In this document: positions 32,322-45,158 of the stretch, piece by piece | Layout of the letters: each line of letters starts with the position of its first letter | Position numbering within the stretch: the stretch's first letter is position 1 | DNA from: Diplonema japonicum | Lineage: Eukaryota; Protista; Euglenozoa: Diplonemea | Assembly: GCA_964019335.1 (NCBI GenBank) | Contig: OZ025714.1 | Span: 372,001-436,000, forward strand | DNA length: 64,000 nt | Reading direction: 5' to 3' | Translations under genes and position numbers: made by a program | Notes under the pieces: model-generated | Database searches by the model: none | What the model was told of the DNA's origin: nothing | What the model saw: the letters and a program-made list of their open reading frames with translations, nothing else

Positions 32322-33075
32322 TTTTTTTTCCCCCTCTCAACCTTTGATTTTGTGAGTGTTTTGTGGGAACTATTAAAAAAAAATGGATCTTTCCTCCTAT
32401 CACACCACCGCTTTTTTTTTATATATTGGGGGGAGTGGGGGGGGGGGGGGGGGGGGGGGGGTTGTTAGAAATCCCGATATTCAGGCAGAACCATAAGACA
32501 GACCTCCTTTGATATACCACACTAAAAGGGATTGCAAAGAAACACCCAGGGTGCTTTCCCCCCCCCCCCCTTCTTCTTTTTTTTTGCGGCCACTTTGGTG
32601 TTATATTTCCCCCCCGTTTTTTTATTTTCTCTTTTTTTTTTTAAAAATAAGAAGTTATGTTACTTAAGTCTTTTTTTTCGGTTCTTTTTTTTTTTTTTTT
32701 CCCTTCAATTGTGTACCTTCCTCTCCTTCTACTTTTTTTTTGAGGGAGAACCCACGGTATTCTTAGAGGGAGGGGGGGAGAAAAAAAAAAGCAAAATAAA
32801 AAAAAAGAAAAAAAGGATGTTAGAAAAAGGGGGAAACAAAAAAAAAAGAAAAAGAAATCTTTAAACGAAGCGAGGCCCATGTGTATAAAGGGAGAGAAAA
32901 AAAAAAGAAAAAGAAAAGCAACTCATTTGAAACATAGCAGGCGGCTCTCTGTACTCAACGCAAGGAAGAGAGGGGGGGAAAAAAGAGAAGACGAAATAAA
33001 GGAACATGAAGAGGATAGATAACTAAGGCCACGCCACACAGGTAACTATAAAGAGACAGGACACTGAACACAGGT

Positions 33076-34964
33076 TCAACCCCCTTGTAGCTCTCTGCCG
33101 ATCTGGTCCTGCATCTGCCTCAGCTTTGCTATCGCGTCGACCTGCTGCTGTGTGGGGGGGTACCCCTGCTTGCTCATTGCATCGGTGTAGGTGACGAGCT
33201 GCTGTTGGATCTTCTGCCATGCCTGCTGCTTGGCCATCACATTCATTTGAGGTGCCTGGGCGGGCTGCTGTGGGTACATCTGCTGCGGGGCTGCTTGTGG
33301 CTGTTGTTGCTGCATGTGCACTGCTGCGGGTTGCTGCTGTTGCACTTGCGGTTGCACAAGCTGTGGCTGCTGGACTGGTGCTTGCATGTGCACGGGAAGG
33401 TTGGGGTTAGCATGCTGCGGTTGTTGTGGTTGCTGCTGTGGTTGTGGCTGGGACTGCGGCTGCTGCGGCTTGGGTCTCTCCCACGTGGTGCGCTGTGCTC
33501 TTGTCATAGGGTCGGTGAACACGAAGTACGGTCTGTAATGTATATGCTTTAAATGTGTGGCGGCATACTTCTTTGTGTTGTTGTCAAACACTTCTGTCCA
33601 GTTGGGAGGCAGGGGCTGAGGCTGAGACTGCTGCGGCGGTTGTTGTGGTTGTTGTTGCTGCTGCTGCTGTTGGAACTGCTGTGTTTGTTGCTGCTGCTGC
33701 GGCTGTTGCTGCTGCTGAAACTGTTGCTGTGTTTGTTGCGGCTGCACCTGTTGCGGCTGCACTTGCTGCTGCACCTGTTGCGGCTCCGGTGGTTGTACAG
33801 CTTCCTCCTCTCTCTCCTTCCTAGCGTCGGCACCAGGAAGCGGCAAAGGGAGCGACGGCCCTTCCGGCACATGAGCAGGTGTTGTGCTAATAACTGGTTC
33901 CTAAAGTGATTTTTTTTTTAAATCCTTGTGCTGTGACTGCATACCGGGACAACCTCCTTAGGCTCTTCGACCTTCTCCTTCTCTTCACTAGCCTTCTCGC
34001 CACCCATCAAGAAGTCGAAGGACAGCATGGACCCCGGTATGGGTGGCGGCGCTGAGCCAGCGGTCGTGGTCGGCGGGGGTGGTGCCTCCGGCATCAGGGC
34101 AAGGGTCTCGAGGAAGCTGTTCTGCTTCTCAGGCTCGGGTTCAGGTTCGGGCTTCGCCTCGATTTTGGGAGGTTGCTTCTTCTCCTCTTCCTTGTCGTGC
34201 TTGAGGTCCATGAAGAAGAGCGAATCGTTCGCAGCAAGGTCGGCCGCCTGTTGCTCCCAAGGCAGGGGGGATTTAGAGGGTGCGTTGGAGCTGGCCTTTG
34301 TGGCTACCTGCTGGGGAATGGTAGAAGGTGGGGGAACAGGCTTGCCATTGCAGGTCAGCGTAACAACAGGGAGCATATCAGCACTGCTGAGATCGATGGT
34401 GCCTGTGCCGTAGGCCTTCAGCTCGGGGGCAATGTCCCCGCAAGACGAAAAGTAAGCATAGTAGACCGCGACGGACTCATCGTTGCTCAGCACGTCTAAG
34501 CATGACTCGAGAGGGGCATCACCAGGCATTACGACGAAGGTCCTCACATCTTGTTTGTAGCACAGCTGCATCATCCTTGTTGCCAAGGACACCCCCACAG
34601 CTTGCGACCTCCCAGGGAGGATCCCATTAGCCTTGTTGGCAAATGGACAGGTCGGCACAAGGCAATTCAGTCTCAGTGCGCATTCCTTGTTGTACTTGCA
34701 CTTCTTGTGTTGGCAGTGTGCTCCTTTGTCCACTGCTTGTGTCCTGTCTACCCTGTATGAGTTCAGCTTCAGCCGCTTTAAGAACTCTGCCTCGTCGGCC
34801 ATTTGCAGATCGCCCTCTACGCACACCGCCAATTTCTGCTTGAATGACACATTGCACGTCGTACTCAAAAGCTTCCACAGAGCCTCGGTGTCGACGGTCA
34901 GCCCTAAGGCATCCTGGCAGTCCAGCAAGTACTGGGTGTTGAGCAGCAGCCCTGCTTTAGACAT
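33076..34964 (-). CDS. NYN/LabA-like domain + poly-Gln + WW domain protein (introns 33901-33944 and 33533-33568)
   Basis: Removing GTATG..TTTAG (44 nt) joins the two ORFs in frame; removing GTATG..TACAG (36 nt) restores LPPNWTEVFDNNTKKPYF..TTWERP. Confidence 0.75.
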
Positions 34965-35244
34965 ATTCCCCCCCCTCTCTCTCTCTCTCTCGTTCCTTCT
35001 CGTTTTGTTTCAGAAGTTAAAGGGGGAAAGGGGGCAACAAAAGGAAACTCGTGCTTGCGTGGAAGAAGAAAAAAAAAAAAAAAAGAACAATGGGGGACGG
35101 GAAAATCTTATTCTACAAGTATAAAAAAAGAAAAAAAAAAAGAAGAAAAAAAAAACAATGGAAGATGAGAAAAAAAAAAAAAAAAAAAAAAAAAAAGGGG
35201 CAGGTTTGAAAACTCTGCAGAAACGCGCTTCGCCCCCTTTTCTT

Positions 35245-35742
35245 TCAACGAGCATAAGGATGGATCACCTTACCAGGCCACACCTGTTCCATGGCTTCTT
35301 GGGTACGATGGGGAACGGGTGTTCGCGGGAGTTGTTGATAAGGCAAAGGGGCATCGTCCCGCTCAGATGAGGTGCTTTGGGGAAGACTGGGGGACCCCAG
35401 ACGCTCAAGGATCTCTGTTATTTCAGCAATATTTCGCGAGGGTGCTGCTGGGGTTTGGGGTGCAGGGGCACCTCTTAATATGCCCCCAATAGGTACTGTC
35501 TCGAAGTTAGGCTCATTGTCACTACTCCCCGGTACTGGTACTGGTACTGGAGCTAGAAACATCTCGGTCGTGTGCTTTCGAGCTGAGGGGACGATCCCCT
35601 CGCCGAGCCCCTTCTCCACACGATGCAGTTCAGACCTCGCGAAACTTATTAGTTTCCATTTCTCCTCACCGTCTGCCAGCATCCGAAGCTCGGAAAAGGC
35701 CTCTTTTATTTTCAACCTTAGTTTGTAGCCTTCGGGCTCCAT
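35245..35742 (-). CDS. Hypothetical protein (~165 aa)
   Basis: ATG at 35742 (MEPEGYKLR); coding-like; no secure family. Confidence 0.5.
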   Translation of the reverse strand: MEPEGYKLRLKIKEAFSELRMLADGEEKWKLISFARSELHRVEKGLGEGIVPSARKHTTEMFLAPVPVPVPGSSDNEPNFETVPIGGILRGAPAPQTPAAPSRNIAEITEILERLGSPSLPQSTSSERDDAPLPYQQLPRTPVPHRTQEAMEQVWPGKVIHPYAR

Positions 35743-36724
35743 TTCCTCCCCCCCCCCCCCCTTCCCCGCTCTACAATGGAAGTTTGACACAAATATGGAA
35801 AAGTATAAAACAAAGTTTTTTCTTTCTTTCTAGCAGTTCGGTGCGTCCCCAGGACCCCCCCCCCCCCCCCCCCCCCGGTCTTCTTCCTAGTTGAGTCAAA
35901 CCCATACCCACCACTAAAACTACTTATCTACGGCTATAAATTCCAAAGAAAAGTAACAGAAGGAAAATGTCGGCAAACAAAGAAGAATAAGAAAAAAACT
36001 TGTTGCCTTGGTTCATAGGGAAAAGAGAGGGAACCTTGCGTCCTTAAACAGAGACCAGTCGCACTTTAAGCGCGGGGGGGGGGGGGGGGGGTGATTTGCA
36101 CCTGGGGTAGTAGTAAGCGGTTTTCTTTCATTTTTATTTATTTCCTTTTTTTTTTTGTCTTCTTGTCTTCTTTTCGTATCATGCAATACCTTTATGGCAG
36201 TACCATATCAAAAAAATGAGAGGGGGAAAAAAAGGACTAAACACATGGAAAAGGGGCAGGGGAACGGCAAAAGGGAATTTGATAAGGCAATGGGGCATAA
36301 AAAGTATTTCAAAGATAAAGTTGAAATAGGGGGGAGGGAGGGGGGCAGGCTTTAAAAAATCTAGAATAATTGAAAAAAAAAAAAGAAATGAGAGACGAGG
36401 AAGGGAAAGGGTAAGTTTACCCTCTTTTTTTTTTAATTTTTTAAAATACGGGAAGGGGTTTCGGTTCACCACTACTTTCTTTTATTGTTACTATTTTTTT
36501 TTTTTTTTCTTCACATACGCCTTTTCTTCCTCCCCTGAGCAAAACCAAAGAAGAAAAAAAAAACAAAAAGGGTCAGAGGACCCCACTCCTTTGAAAACAG
36601 CTTGCACCTCACAAGGACTTCGAAAAGTGCGTTTTGTTACTACCATTAAAACCAAAACAAAAACCAAAACAAAAACAAAAAAAGACCCACAAAGAAAAAC
36701 CGAAAAAAAAAAGTATCTCTTTCT

Positions 36725-39700
36725 CTACACAGAAAGATGACGATGCCAAGCATCATCATCCAGACGGGCTGGGGTTTGAAGCAGAGTTGGTGGACTGTGT
36801 TGTTCTTTTCTTTTCCCTCCCTCCTCCCCCTTTTTTCCCCCTCACATACGCTCGAACAGATTCGGTCGGCGAGTAGCCTTGAATTCCTCTCCCGCGGCCC
36901 ATGTGACTGTATTTTTTTTTTCCTTCTTCTTCTTTTCTTTTCACATACGAAGGAAGAGCAAGCTCCGAGGGCGAATTGTAAGCTGGGTTTGTCAAGACGC
37001 CTCCCATCTGGGACGCGGGCATACCCGGTTCATTATACAACCTAGGTAAAGACATCATTTCTTCATGAGACGCATTGAGAGTGGTGAGCGGGTTCTGTTC
37101 CCTCATGGGGAGGGGCGGCGTGGTCGCGCGCACTGAAGGCGACCGCAGCGAAGGTGCGTACTTCCCAGCACCTGCCAGGTGCGAACCCCCAATGTACGGG
37201 ATGCTGTCGCTGTCTGCCTCTGGGATCTCCGGCACAGCCTCCGGCACAACGGGTTCCAAGGCCCGCCCCGCACCCGGCACCTCATTCACAAACGGGTTCT
37301 CCCTGTCCCCTCGCTTCTTCCACATGATGAGGAGCCCCACGAACATGCAGCAGCACATGAGCACCGCGAGAATAATGAGAATGATACACAACGAGTTGCA
37401 CGAACTATCATCGCTGCTGGGAGCCGGTGTCACGACGGGGGCAGGGTTCACGCATTCTCCTACAGCCGCCTGCTTCTGTGCCACCCTCTCCGTCGTGTAC
37501 TTGCACACGCACTCCCAGTCGGAGGAGTTTGACTGCACCTCGCACTTCTGCCCTGCTGTGGTGCACACCCAGTACTTTGACTTGCACTCCCCTTTGTAGT
37601 CCACGCACTTCCAGTCCCCTAGTGAAGTGCTCGACGTGTCGCTGTCGTTGCAGTCCTTGCCGATCACGTTGCACGAAGCTGCGTTCTCTTCACACTCGTC
37701 GTACGTGCAGGTGGCCAGCCCCATCGTGCGGGGCGCGCCTTTGAACGGTGGTGGGCACTCGCATTGCCAGTCGCCTGTCACGTTCTTGCTGGCATCCTTG
37801 CACACCTGCCCCCCTGCGGTGCACATCGCGAGGTTGCCTCCCGTGCACTCCCCTGTCCCCGTGCACGATGCGATGCCGTAGTCGAACTCGCCTGTGCTGT
37901 CGCCACCGCACACGCACGTCCACCTCCCGTTGTCAGAGGACCTGCATGTCTGTCCGACAGACGTGCACAGCCAGCCGTTCACATCGCATGGGTCCGTCGC
38001 ACAAGACGCCTCTGTCTTGGCTGTCACGTTCGTTGTCGTTGCATTCTCCGGCGGCATGCAGCCACATGTCCAGCTTGCGGTGTCCTTGTAACACACTTGC
38101 CCTGCAGCCACACACGTGCTGCAGACATCGTCATTGCTGCACTGCGCAGGTGCGCTGCAGCCCCACGGGTTCGACTCACATGTAGAGGGTTTTGTGGCAG
38201 TGGCTGACCCTGCACAGTTGCACGTGAAGTCGTCGGACGTCATGAACGACGTGTCCAAGCATGACTGGCCGACGTCGGTGCAGGTGCGCCCATAGATGTC
38301 GCACTCATCGAGGGAGCACACAGTGGCATTGCGCAGTGCACTTCGCCCTTTATATGGTGGGACGCAGGCACACACCCAGTCACCCTCCACGCTGCTAGGG
38401 TCGATGCACGTCTGGCCCTTTGAAGTGCATATCGTGGCATTGCTGCCAGCGCACTCGCCTTGGAAGCTGCAAGTTGCTGCTTGCTGCCGGCCCTGACCCG
38501 TTGATGGCGCCACGCAGTCACACGTCCAGTCCCCAAGCTGCGGACCGTCATTACATCTCTGCCCTGCTACGCTACACGTCGTGCCGTATAGAGCACACTC
38601 GTCCACCGTACAGGCGGCTGGTCCCTTGGAAACACTTGTCCCTTTAGTAGGAAAGATGCAGCCACACTCGAAGTTTCCGTCGGTGTCGGAATCGGAGTCC
38701 AGGCAGGCTTGCCCGGCAGCAGTGCACGTGCCGGAGAGCGTTCTGCAGTCGCCTTGGTAGTTGCACACAGCTGGACCCCCTGAGCTGAAGGTTGAGCTCT
38801 TGAGGGACCCTGTGCATGTGCAACCCCAGTTGTTGAGCGAGGTCAGAGTCTTCTTAGGGTCGCTGCACACCTGTCCCACAGATGTGCACACGAAGCCGTG
38901 CACGAGACACTCATCGTATAAGCACACAGCCGGTGCAAGCGTGGTGGGGCGTCCTATCATCTGCGAGGGGCACACACACTGCCAATCGTCGTAGGTGCTT
39001 GGGTTAGGGTCCACACAGATCTGTCCTGCATCTGTGCATATTTTGGCGCTCACGGCACATTCGTCGGTGAAGATGCAGAAAGCGCGCTGTGTCAAGCCCG
39101 TGCCTACAGAAGGGCTGGTACACCTGCACTCCCAGTTGTCTTGCACGTTCATGTCAGGGTCAACGCAGTTCTGCCCGTACACTCTGCACCTGTCACCGTG
39201 AAGGATGCACTCGTCCAGCGAGCACAAACCAGGCCGCCCGTTGATGCCAGTATACGGGGGTGTGCATGCACACTGCGCTCCGGTGATCCCTTCCACACAG
39301 ATCTGACCGTACTGCCCGCAGTTGGTCGTGTTGCAGGCCCCGTTGGGGTACGTGCATGTCGTGACGTCCCCTGTGACAGGACTTCCCTGTGCGCCAACGG
39401 GGCACTTGCACATCCAATCCCCAGACACCTGACCGTTGGGGTCCACACACAACTGCCCAATGTTGTTACAGATGTCGCCGTGAACAGTGCATTCATCGAA
39501 CGAACACTTCGCCGTACCGCGCAGCTGTCTGAGCCCCACTGCCGGGGGGATGCAGCTGCAGTACCAGTCGTTCGCTTTCGATGTGTCAGGATCGATGCAC
39601 TCCTGCGCGCCTGTGCACTGCGAGGACTTGAGAGGGTCGCTGCACTCGTCAGTTGTTGGAGAGCACAGCTCGAAAGTCTGGACAGGCATAGCCGTGTAGT

Positions 39701-42206
39701 CGGTTAGCTGCTCGTGCAGAGGGAACCACTCATCACGCTCCGACGAACCCATCAACACCCATTGCACGCAGTCCCTCTTCGTTGCCAACACCCCCATGTT
39801 CACAAACGAGAAGCTGCAGATCCTTTGCAAACTCCCGAAAGTCACCTTCAAGCCTCCCAAGTTGTTGTCTGTCCAGACAGTGTTTACATTCCCATCAATG
39901 GCGTTCCCCACAGGATTGCTCGGGTCCGATGCACAAACAGTCCCATTGGACGGGACACACGAAGCCTGCGCAGCACCACCGTTGAGCGGGAGGTTTGTGT
40001 TTGCACCAGTAGCAGTATTGCGCACCCCAAGCCTGAACTCTGCCATAGTGATGGACTTCAGCGTCTGGGCGAATGTTGTGCCTCGCACCTTCAAACACTG
40101 GAATAAGACAGCGTTGTAGCCGCCCAAGGTGCGTGTCGGTGTTATGAACAGAGATTCTGTTGCACTCTCTGTGGCCGTGCGTAATGTGACGGATTGGGAG
40201 ATTGTAGGAGTCCTGCTTATCGTTGGTGTGAGGGAGAAGGTGGTGGTCAGAGAGTCAGTGTCGGTGGGCGTGACGCTAATAGTGGGCGTGAGAGAGAAGG
40301 TCCTTGTCGGGGAGTCAGTGGCCGTACTCGTAACCGAAATGGTAGGTGTGCGGGAGAAGGTATGTGTTGGCGAGTCGGTGGCAGTTCTTGTCACAGAGTC
40401 GGTAGGTGTGCGGGAGATGGTGGGCGTGAGGGAGAAGGTGAACGTCGGTGTGACAGAAATGGTAGGAGTTCGTGAGATGGTAGGAGTGGGTGTCTGAGAG
40501 ATTGTCGGGGTGATACTGATGGTAGGGGTCAATGAGACGGTGAAGGTGGGTGTGAGACTTGCAGTGGGTGTCCTGCTGATTGTTGGAGAGAGCGAGAAAG
40601 TTTTGGTGAGGGAAGTAGAGACTGTCGGTGTGGGCAAAGTCAATGTTGTAGTGCTCGTAGGGGTGATGCTCACCGTGGGGGTGTTGCTTATAGTGGGAGT
40701 TGGGGTCGCAGTGTCAGTCGGCGTGGGTGTGGGGGGTACCAACGAGAGACTCAAGGTGACAGTTAGCGAGCTGGTGGCTGTGACGGTGGGCGTGGGCAGC
40801 GTTAGTGATTCGGTGTCTGATATTGTGGCTGTCGGTGTGTCTGTAGCTGTTCTAGTGACTGTCACAGTGGATGTCAGCGTGTCCGTGTCTGTCCTGGTGA
40901 TCGTCACAGTCTGCGTGACGCTCACTGTCGGCGTCTTGGAAACAGTTGGGGTGAGGGATATCGTAGGCGTGGGGGTGTACGGGTCCGTCGGGGTCGCTGT
41001 AACCGTGACAGTGGCCGTCTCGGTAGGCGTAACTAAGCTCAGCGTCGTCGTGAGCGAGGTGGTGTGCGTCTCGGTGGGTGTGGGCAGTGTCAAGGTCTCG
41101 GAAAGCGTGTCTGTTGGTGTCGGTACCGTTAAGCTGTAGGTGTACGTAGCCGTGGGTGTGGGCACAGTCATCGACTCCGTCGCAGTAAGCGTAGGTGTGG
41201 GCAATGTAAGAGTCTCACTAAAGGTAGCCGTAGGAGTGGGCACAGTCATCGACTCCGTCGCAGTAAGCGTAGGTGTGGGCAACGTAAGAGTCTCACTAAA
41301 AGTAAGCGTTGGAGTGGGCACAGTCATCGACTCCGTCGCAGTAGCCGTGGGTGTGGGCAATGTAAGAGTCTCACTAAAAGTAAGTGTTGGAGTGGGCATA
41401 GTCATCGACTCCGTCGCAGTAGCCGTAGGTGTGGGCAATGTAAGAGTCTCAGTAAAGGTATCTGTGGGTGTAGGCACTGTCAACGAAAACGTCAGACTGG
41501 GCGTGACTGTGGGCAGTGTCATGGTGCCTGTGAGTGTAGTAGTAAAGGTTGCTGTGGCGGTCGGCGTCGGCACTGTCACCGACTCCGTTAGCGTCACTGT
41601 TGCACTTTCAGTCTCCGTAGGCGTGCGCACCGTTAAGGACTCAGTAAAGGTACTCGTGGGTGTGGGCATCGTGACCGACATGGTGCTACTCTCGGTGGGT
41701 GTGGGGATGGTCAAGGAGGTGGTCAGAGAAACTGTGGGCGTCGGCACCGTTAAGGAAAGCGACATGCTCTCGGTGGGTGTGAACATGGTCAAGGACACAG
41801 TGCTGCTCTCCGTGGCAGTGCGCATAGTGAGCGACTCGGTGGCGCTCTCAGTAGCGGTAAACATCGTCAAGGACACAGTACTGCTTTCAGTGGCGGTCGG
41901 CACCGTTAAAGAAACACTGCTACTCTCCGTGCGGGTCGGCACTGTGAAGGACACAGTACTGCTCTCCGTTACAGTGCGCATTGTGAGGGACACAGTACTA
42001 GACTCCGTGGCAGTGAACATCGTCAGCGAGACAGTGCTGCTCTCCGTGGCTGTCGGGACAGTCAACGACACAGAGCTGCTCTCCGTAGGGGTGAACTCTG
42101 TCAGCGATATGGTCTCGGTGGCAGTGACAGGCGGCGCAACCGCATCAACAAGGTGAAAGAAGGCAAACAAACTGCATAGAGATAATGCCCATCTCCCACC
42201 CATCAC
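36725..42206 (-). CDS. Large type I membrane surface glycoprotein: signal peptide, Thr-rich mucin, discoidin/F5-8-like, ~14 Cys-rich EGF-like repeats, TM, cytosolic tail
   Basis: Hydrophobic N-terminus; TPT repeats; NAIDGNVNTVW; DEC..C...GQ.C.DP...DW.C.C repeats; LCIILIILAVLMCCCMFVGLLIMW-KKR. Predicted introns 36907-36948 and 36795-36849 move the stop to 36725. Confidence 0.85.
41140..41470 (-). repeat. Coding tandem repeat, 78-nt period (26 aa)
   Basis: gtcatcgactccgtcgcagta recurs at about 41167, 41245, 41323 and 41401. Confidence 0.85.
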
Positions 42207-42341
42207 CTTTCCCTCTCCTGTGCGGATGTGGCTTCATTTACAACAACACTTGACTGGGGTAAACAAAAACAAAAAAAAACAAAAAAAAAAAAAAAACGTT
42301 TTATACACTGGGAAGGGGAGGGGGAAGCGTGTTTTCATATT

Positions 42342-43518
42342 TTACGAACTGTTTTTTTCTTCCACCATTGTCCGCCAGAAGGCTTCGTACTCCGTTGCCG
42401 CAAGAACCCATTGCAGGATGGCAGAGTCGTCTGCGGACTTGCAGTGCTCATAGAATGCCCCTGCATCGACACCCTTGCTCTTCAGATAGGCTTCGATTGC
42501 ATTCTCAACCATATCCTTGTATTCCGTGTAAAGCCCCATTAATTCAGCCTGTGATGAGGAGGTCGATTTTTTTTTTTTTATTTCACTCTTCAGAAATTAC
42601 TTCACGCACTGGGGGGCCCATTACTTCACGCTAAATCTCATTACTTCACGGTGAAATAATGGCCTGTTTTCCGTGAAGTAATAGGGGGTTTCCGTTAAAT
42701 AATATGCCTCGGTAGGCCAATTTTTGCCTCGGTTCGGTTCCCAGTGGGGCTACTTTTTCCTCTCAGTTTGCTATTTCCCCCCAGGTTCAGCTCAATTGGC
42801 CAACTTTTGCCTCGGCTCAGTTCCAAGTTGGACTACTTTTTCCTCCCAATTTGCCCACTTTTGGCTAGGCCTTGTTCCCAGTTTCTGTGGGTAACTCTTC
42901 TGTGGGTAAGGGTAACTTAGTCAGCTTACCCAAAAGACTTCAAAATACCGAAGCAGCAGAAAAAAAGGAGCCAGCGGCCGCGCTAGGTATGGGAAGGCCT
43001 GATTAGAGATGGTGACAGTGGCAATGCCAGCGACAGCGGCAGCTCTTAGTCAACAAAAGGAGGAAAAACAACTTGTATTGTAACCTTTGTAACCCCTCTC
43101 TTGTTGTACCCCTTGTTACCCCTTTGTGCCCCTCGTGGTGAAGTAATTTCAGAGTGTCGTGAAATAAAACCACTTACCTACCGCCAAGTAATGCTTTACC
43201 GACCTCTCGGTTCCGCATTTTACCGTCGAGGGCCCGCAGGGCCCGAGATGGTAAAATGCGGAACCTCGAGGTAACGGTAAAGTCATTACTTGTTGGCAGT
43301 AAATAGCTATTTTTTTTTTTTTTTTTTTAATATAAAGATACCGTCTGTTCTGGTGTGCTCCCGTCCGGGTTTGGGTCGGGGAATTTGCTACAATGTTTCC
43401 TGATTTATTTTTTTTTTTTTTTCAAGGGGGAAATATACCCTACAAAATTTTCCAATTTTTCAGTCAGTTCTTCATTCCCTATCCACCACTCAAGCATCTC
43501 TTCCATGAACCCTTCCAT
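42342..43518 (-). CDS. BART domain (ARL2-binding/CFAP36-like) protein, 3 exons (43518-43439, 43399-43342, 42548-42342), 114 aa
   Basis: Spliced product MEGFMEEMLEWW..LENFVGKHCSKFPD..EQTAELMGLYTEYKDMVENAIEAYL..LAATEYEAFWRTM; GT-AG introns with consistent phases. Confidence 0.8.
42579..43309 (+). mobile_element. Non-autonomous hairpin-terminated DNA element inside BART intron 2
   Basis: 5' TATTTCAC..GAAATTACTTCAC is inverted at ~43138-43167; long palindrome 43180-43300 centred on GGGCCC-GCA-GGGCCC; ends TAAATAGCTA; T-runs on both sides; second copy at 55589. Confidence 0.8.
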
Positions 43519-45158
43519 TTGTTTTCTCTTTTCCTTTTTTTAAGAGAAAAGGACGAATGCGTCACCCCTTTTGTTACTTTCGGATTTTCAATTTTTTTTT
43601 AACAAAAAAAAGAATATAAAAAGGCAAAAAAAGAAAAAAATGGGGAGGGGAGAAGGCAATAGGAGAGGAGAGGGGAGAAGTAACAATTATAAATAAAAAA
43701 GAATCTTCTGATTTCTTTTTTTTTTTCTATTCTTTTTTTTTTTTTTTTCCTTAATTTTTTTTTTTTAAGTTCATTCCTTTCTAGGAGATTGTTAAATAAT
43801 TTATTTGGGTGGCAAATAAACAAGATTGGAAGGGACAGAAGAGAAAACAACTGAAGCACCAGAATTTCAACCTCTGTATATCCCTCCCCTTGTTTCCCCT
43901 AAGGGGCGATCGCAAGAAAATCGCAGAGCCTCCAAAAAAAAAAAAAAAAAAAAATGAGAATGGGGAAATATGGGACAATAAAATAAATGTAGGGGGTATT
44001 TCTTTTTAAACGGAAGGGGTTTGGGAGCAGGAGGGGGAGGAAGAAAGAGAGGAAAAAAAAAAAAAAAAAAAATCAAAAAGAAGAAAGCGATAGAGGGGGT
44101 GTTGGAGAACAAGGAGAAAAAAAAAATCAAAAAGGGTCCAGAGAACGAAAAGAGGGGAAAAAAAAAAGGTTTCCTTTCTTTCCTTCCCCCCCTTTTTTTT
44201 TTCTTTTCCCCCTCGCTCCTGTGGGCTATTTACTAAGGGTGGGGAGGGGGAGGGAGGGGGAAAAAATGCGAAACATACAAAAGTGGAAAAAAAAACTTTC
44301 TTTTTTTTAATGAATGGCCAAGGAAGAAAAAAGAAAAAAGAGGGAGAAAAAAAAAAAAAAAAAAGGGAGGGGAGCGCTGAGTACGGATCACAGGCCCCAC
44401 ATTTTTTTATTAGAAATAAACAAAGAAATCAGATGCAGAAAAGAACAGAGAAGAAAAAAGTGTCATTGAAGGGAACCTGCAGTATGTGACAGGATCGCCT
44501 TAAAAAAAATAATTTGCCACAGTCCAGTGTACTATAGCCACACAAGCCTAGCCCCGTTCCATTTTTTTTTTTTTTTTTTTTTTTTGCTTGACGCTTCGTT
44601 TTATACTTTTTTTTTTTCTGTTCCACTTTTTTTTGTTTTTTTCTTCTCTCAAGAACAATTTTACAATCGTTGCCCTTTATTCTTTTTTTTTTTTTCTCTC
44701 TCTTTTTTTTCTTTTTTCCCTCTTGTTTAAGAGGGAAGGAGGCAGTAGTGGGAACATAGCCGAGTAAAAAAAAAGGTCTCCATCACGAGTCAATTCACTG
44801 AGGACAAAGCCCGCATTTTACCACAAAATTTACCAGAAGATAATATTGAGGGGGGAGGAAAAAGCTGTAAAGCTCCTAGCTGCCTCCGTCGCCATGGGCC
44901 TCCCTTGGTCCCTCTTTTTTTTTTAAAATCTTTTAGTTTTTCTTGGTTTCTCTTCTGCTTAAGGGAAAACCTTTTCACCCCCCCCCCCCATAGAAGCAGC
45001 GTATTCATTAAAATAAAAAAAAAATCTCCAATAAAAAAAAATAAAAAAATAAAAAAAAAACAATATTAACAAAGGGGAGAGGGAAGGGGAGGGGAAAAGG
45101 GTAACGGTATAGCGCTGGAAGAAAAAAAAAAAAGGAAAAGAAAAAAAATTTTTTTTTC

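Noticed and set aside
35600-35742. LYR-motif protein resemblance
   Set aside because: Only the second half of the pattern is vaguely present; no LYR start or upstream exon found.
40129-42156. Val-rich plus-strand ORFs
   Set aside because: Antisense of the Thr/Pro mucin repeats.
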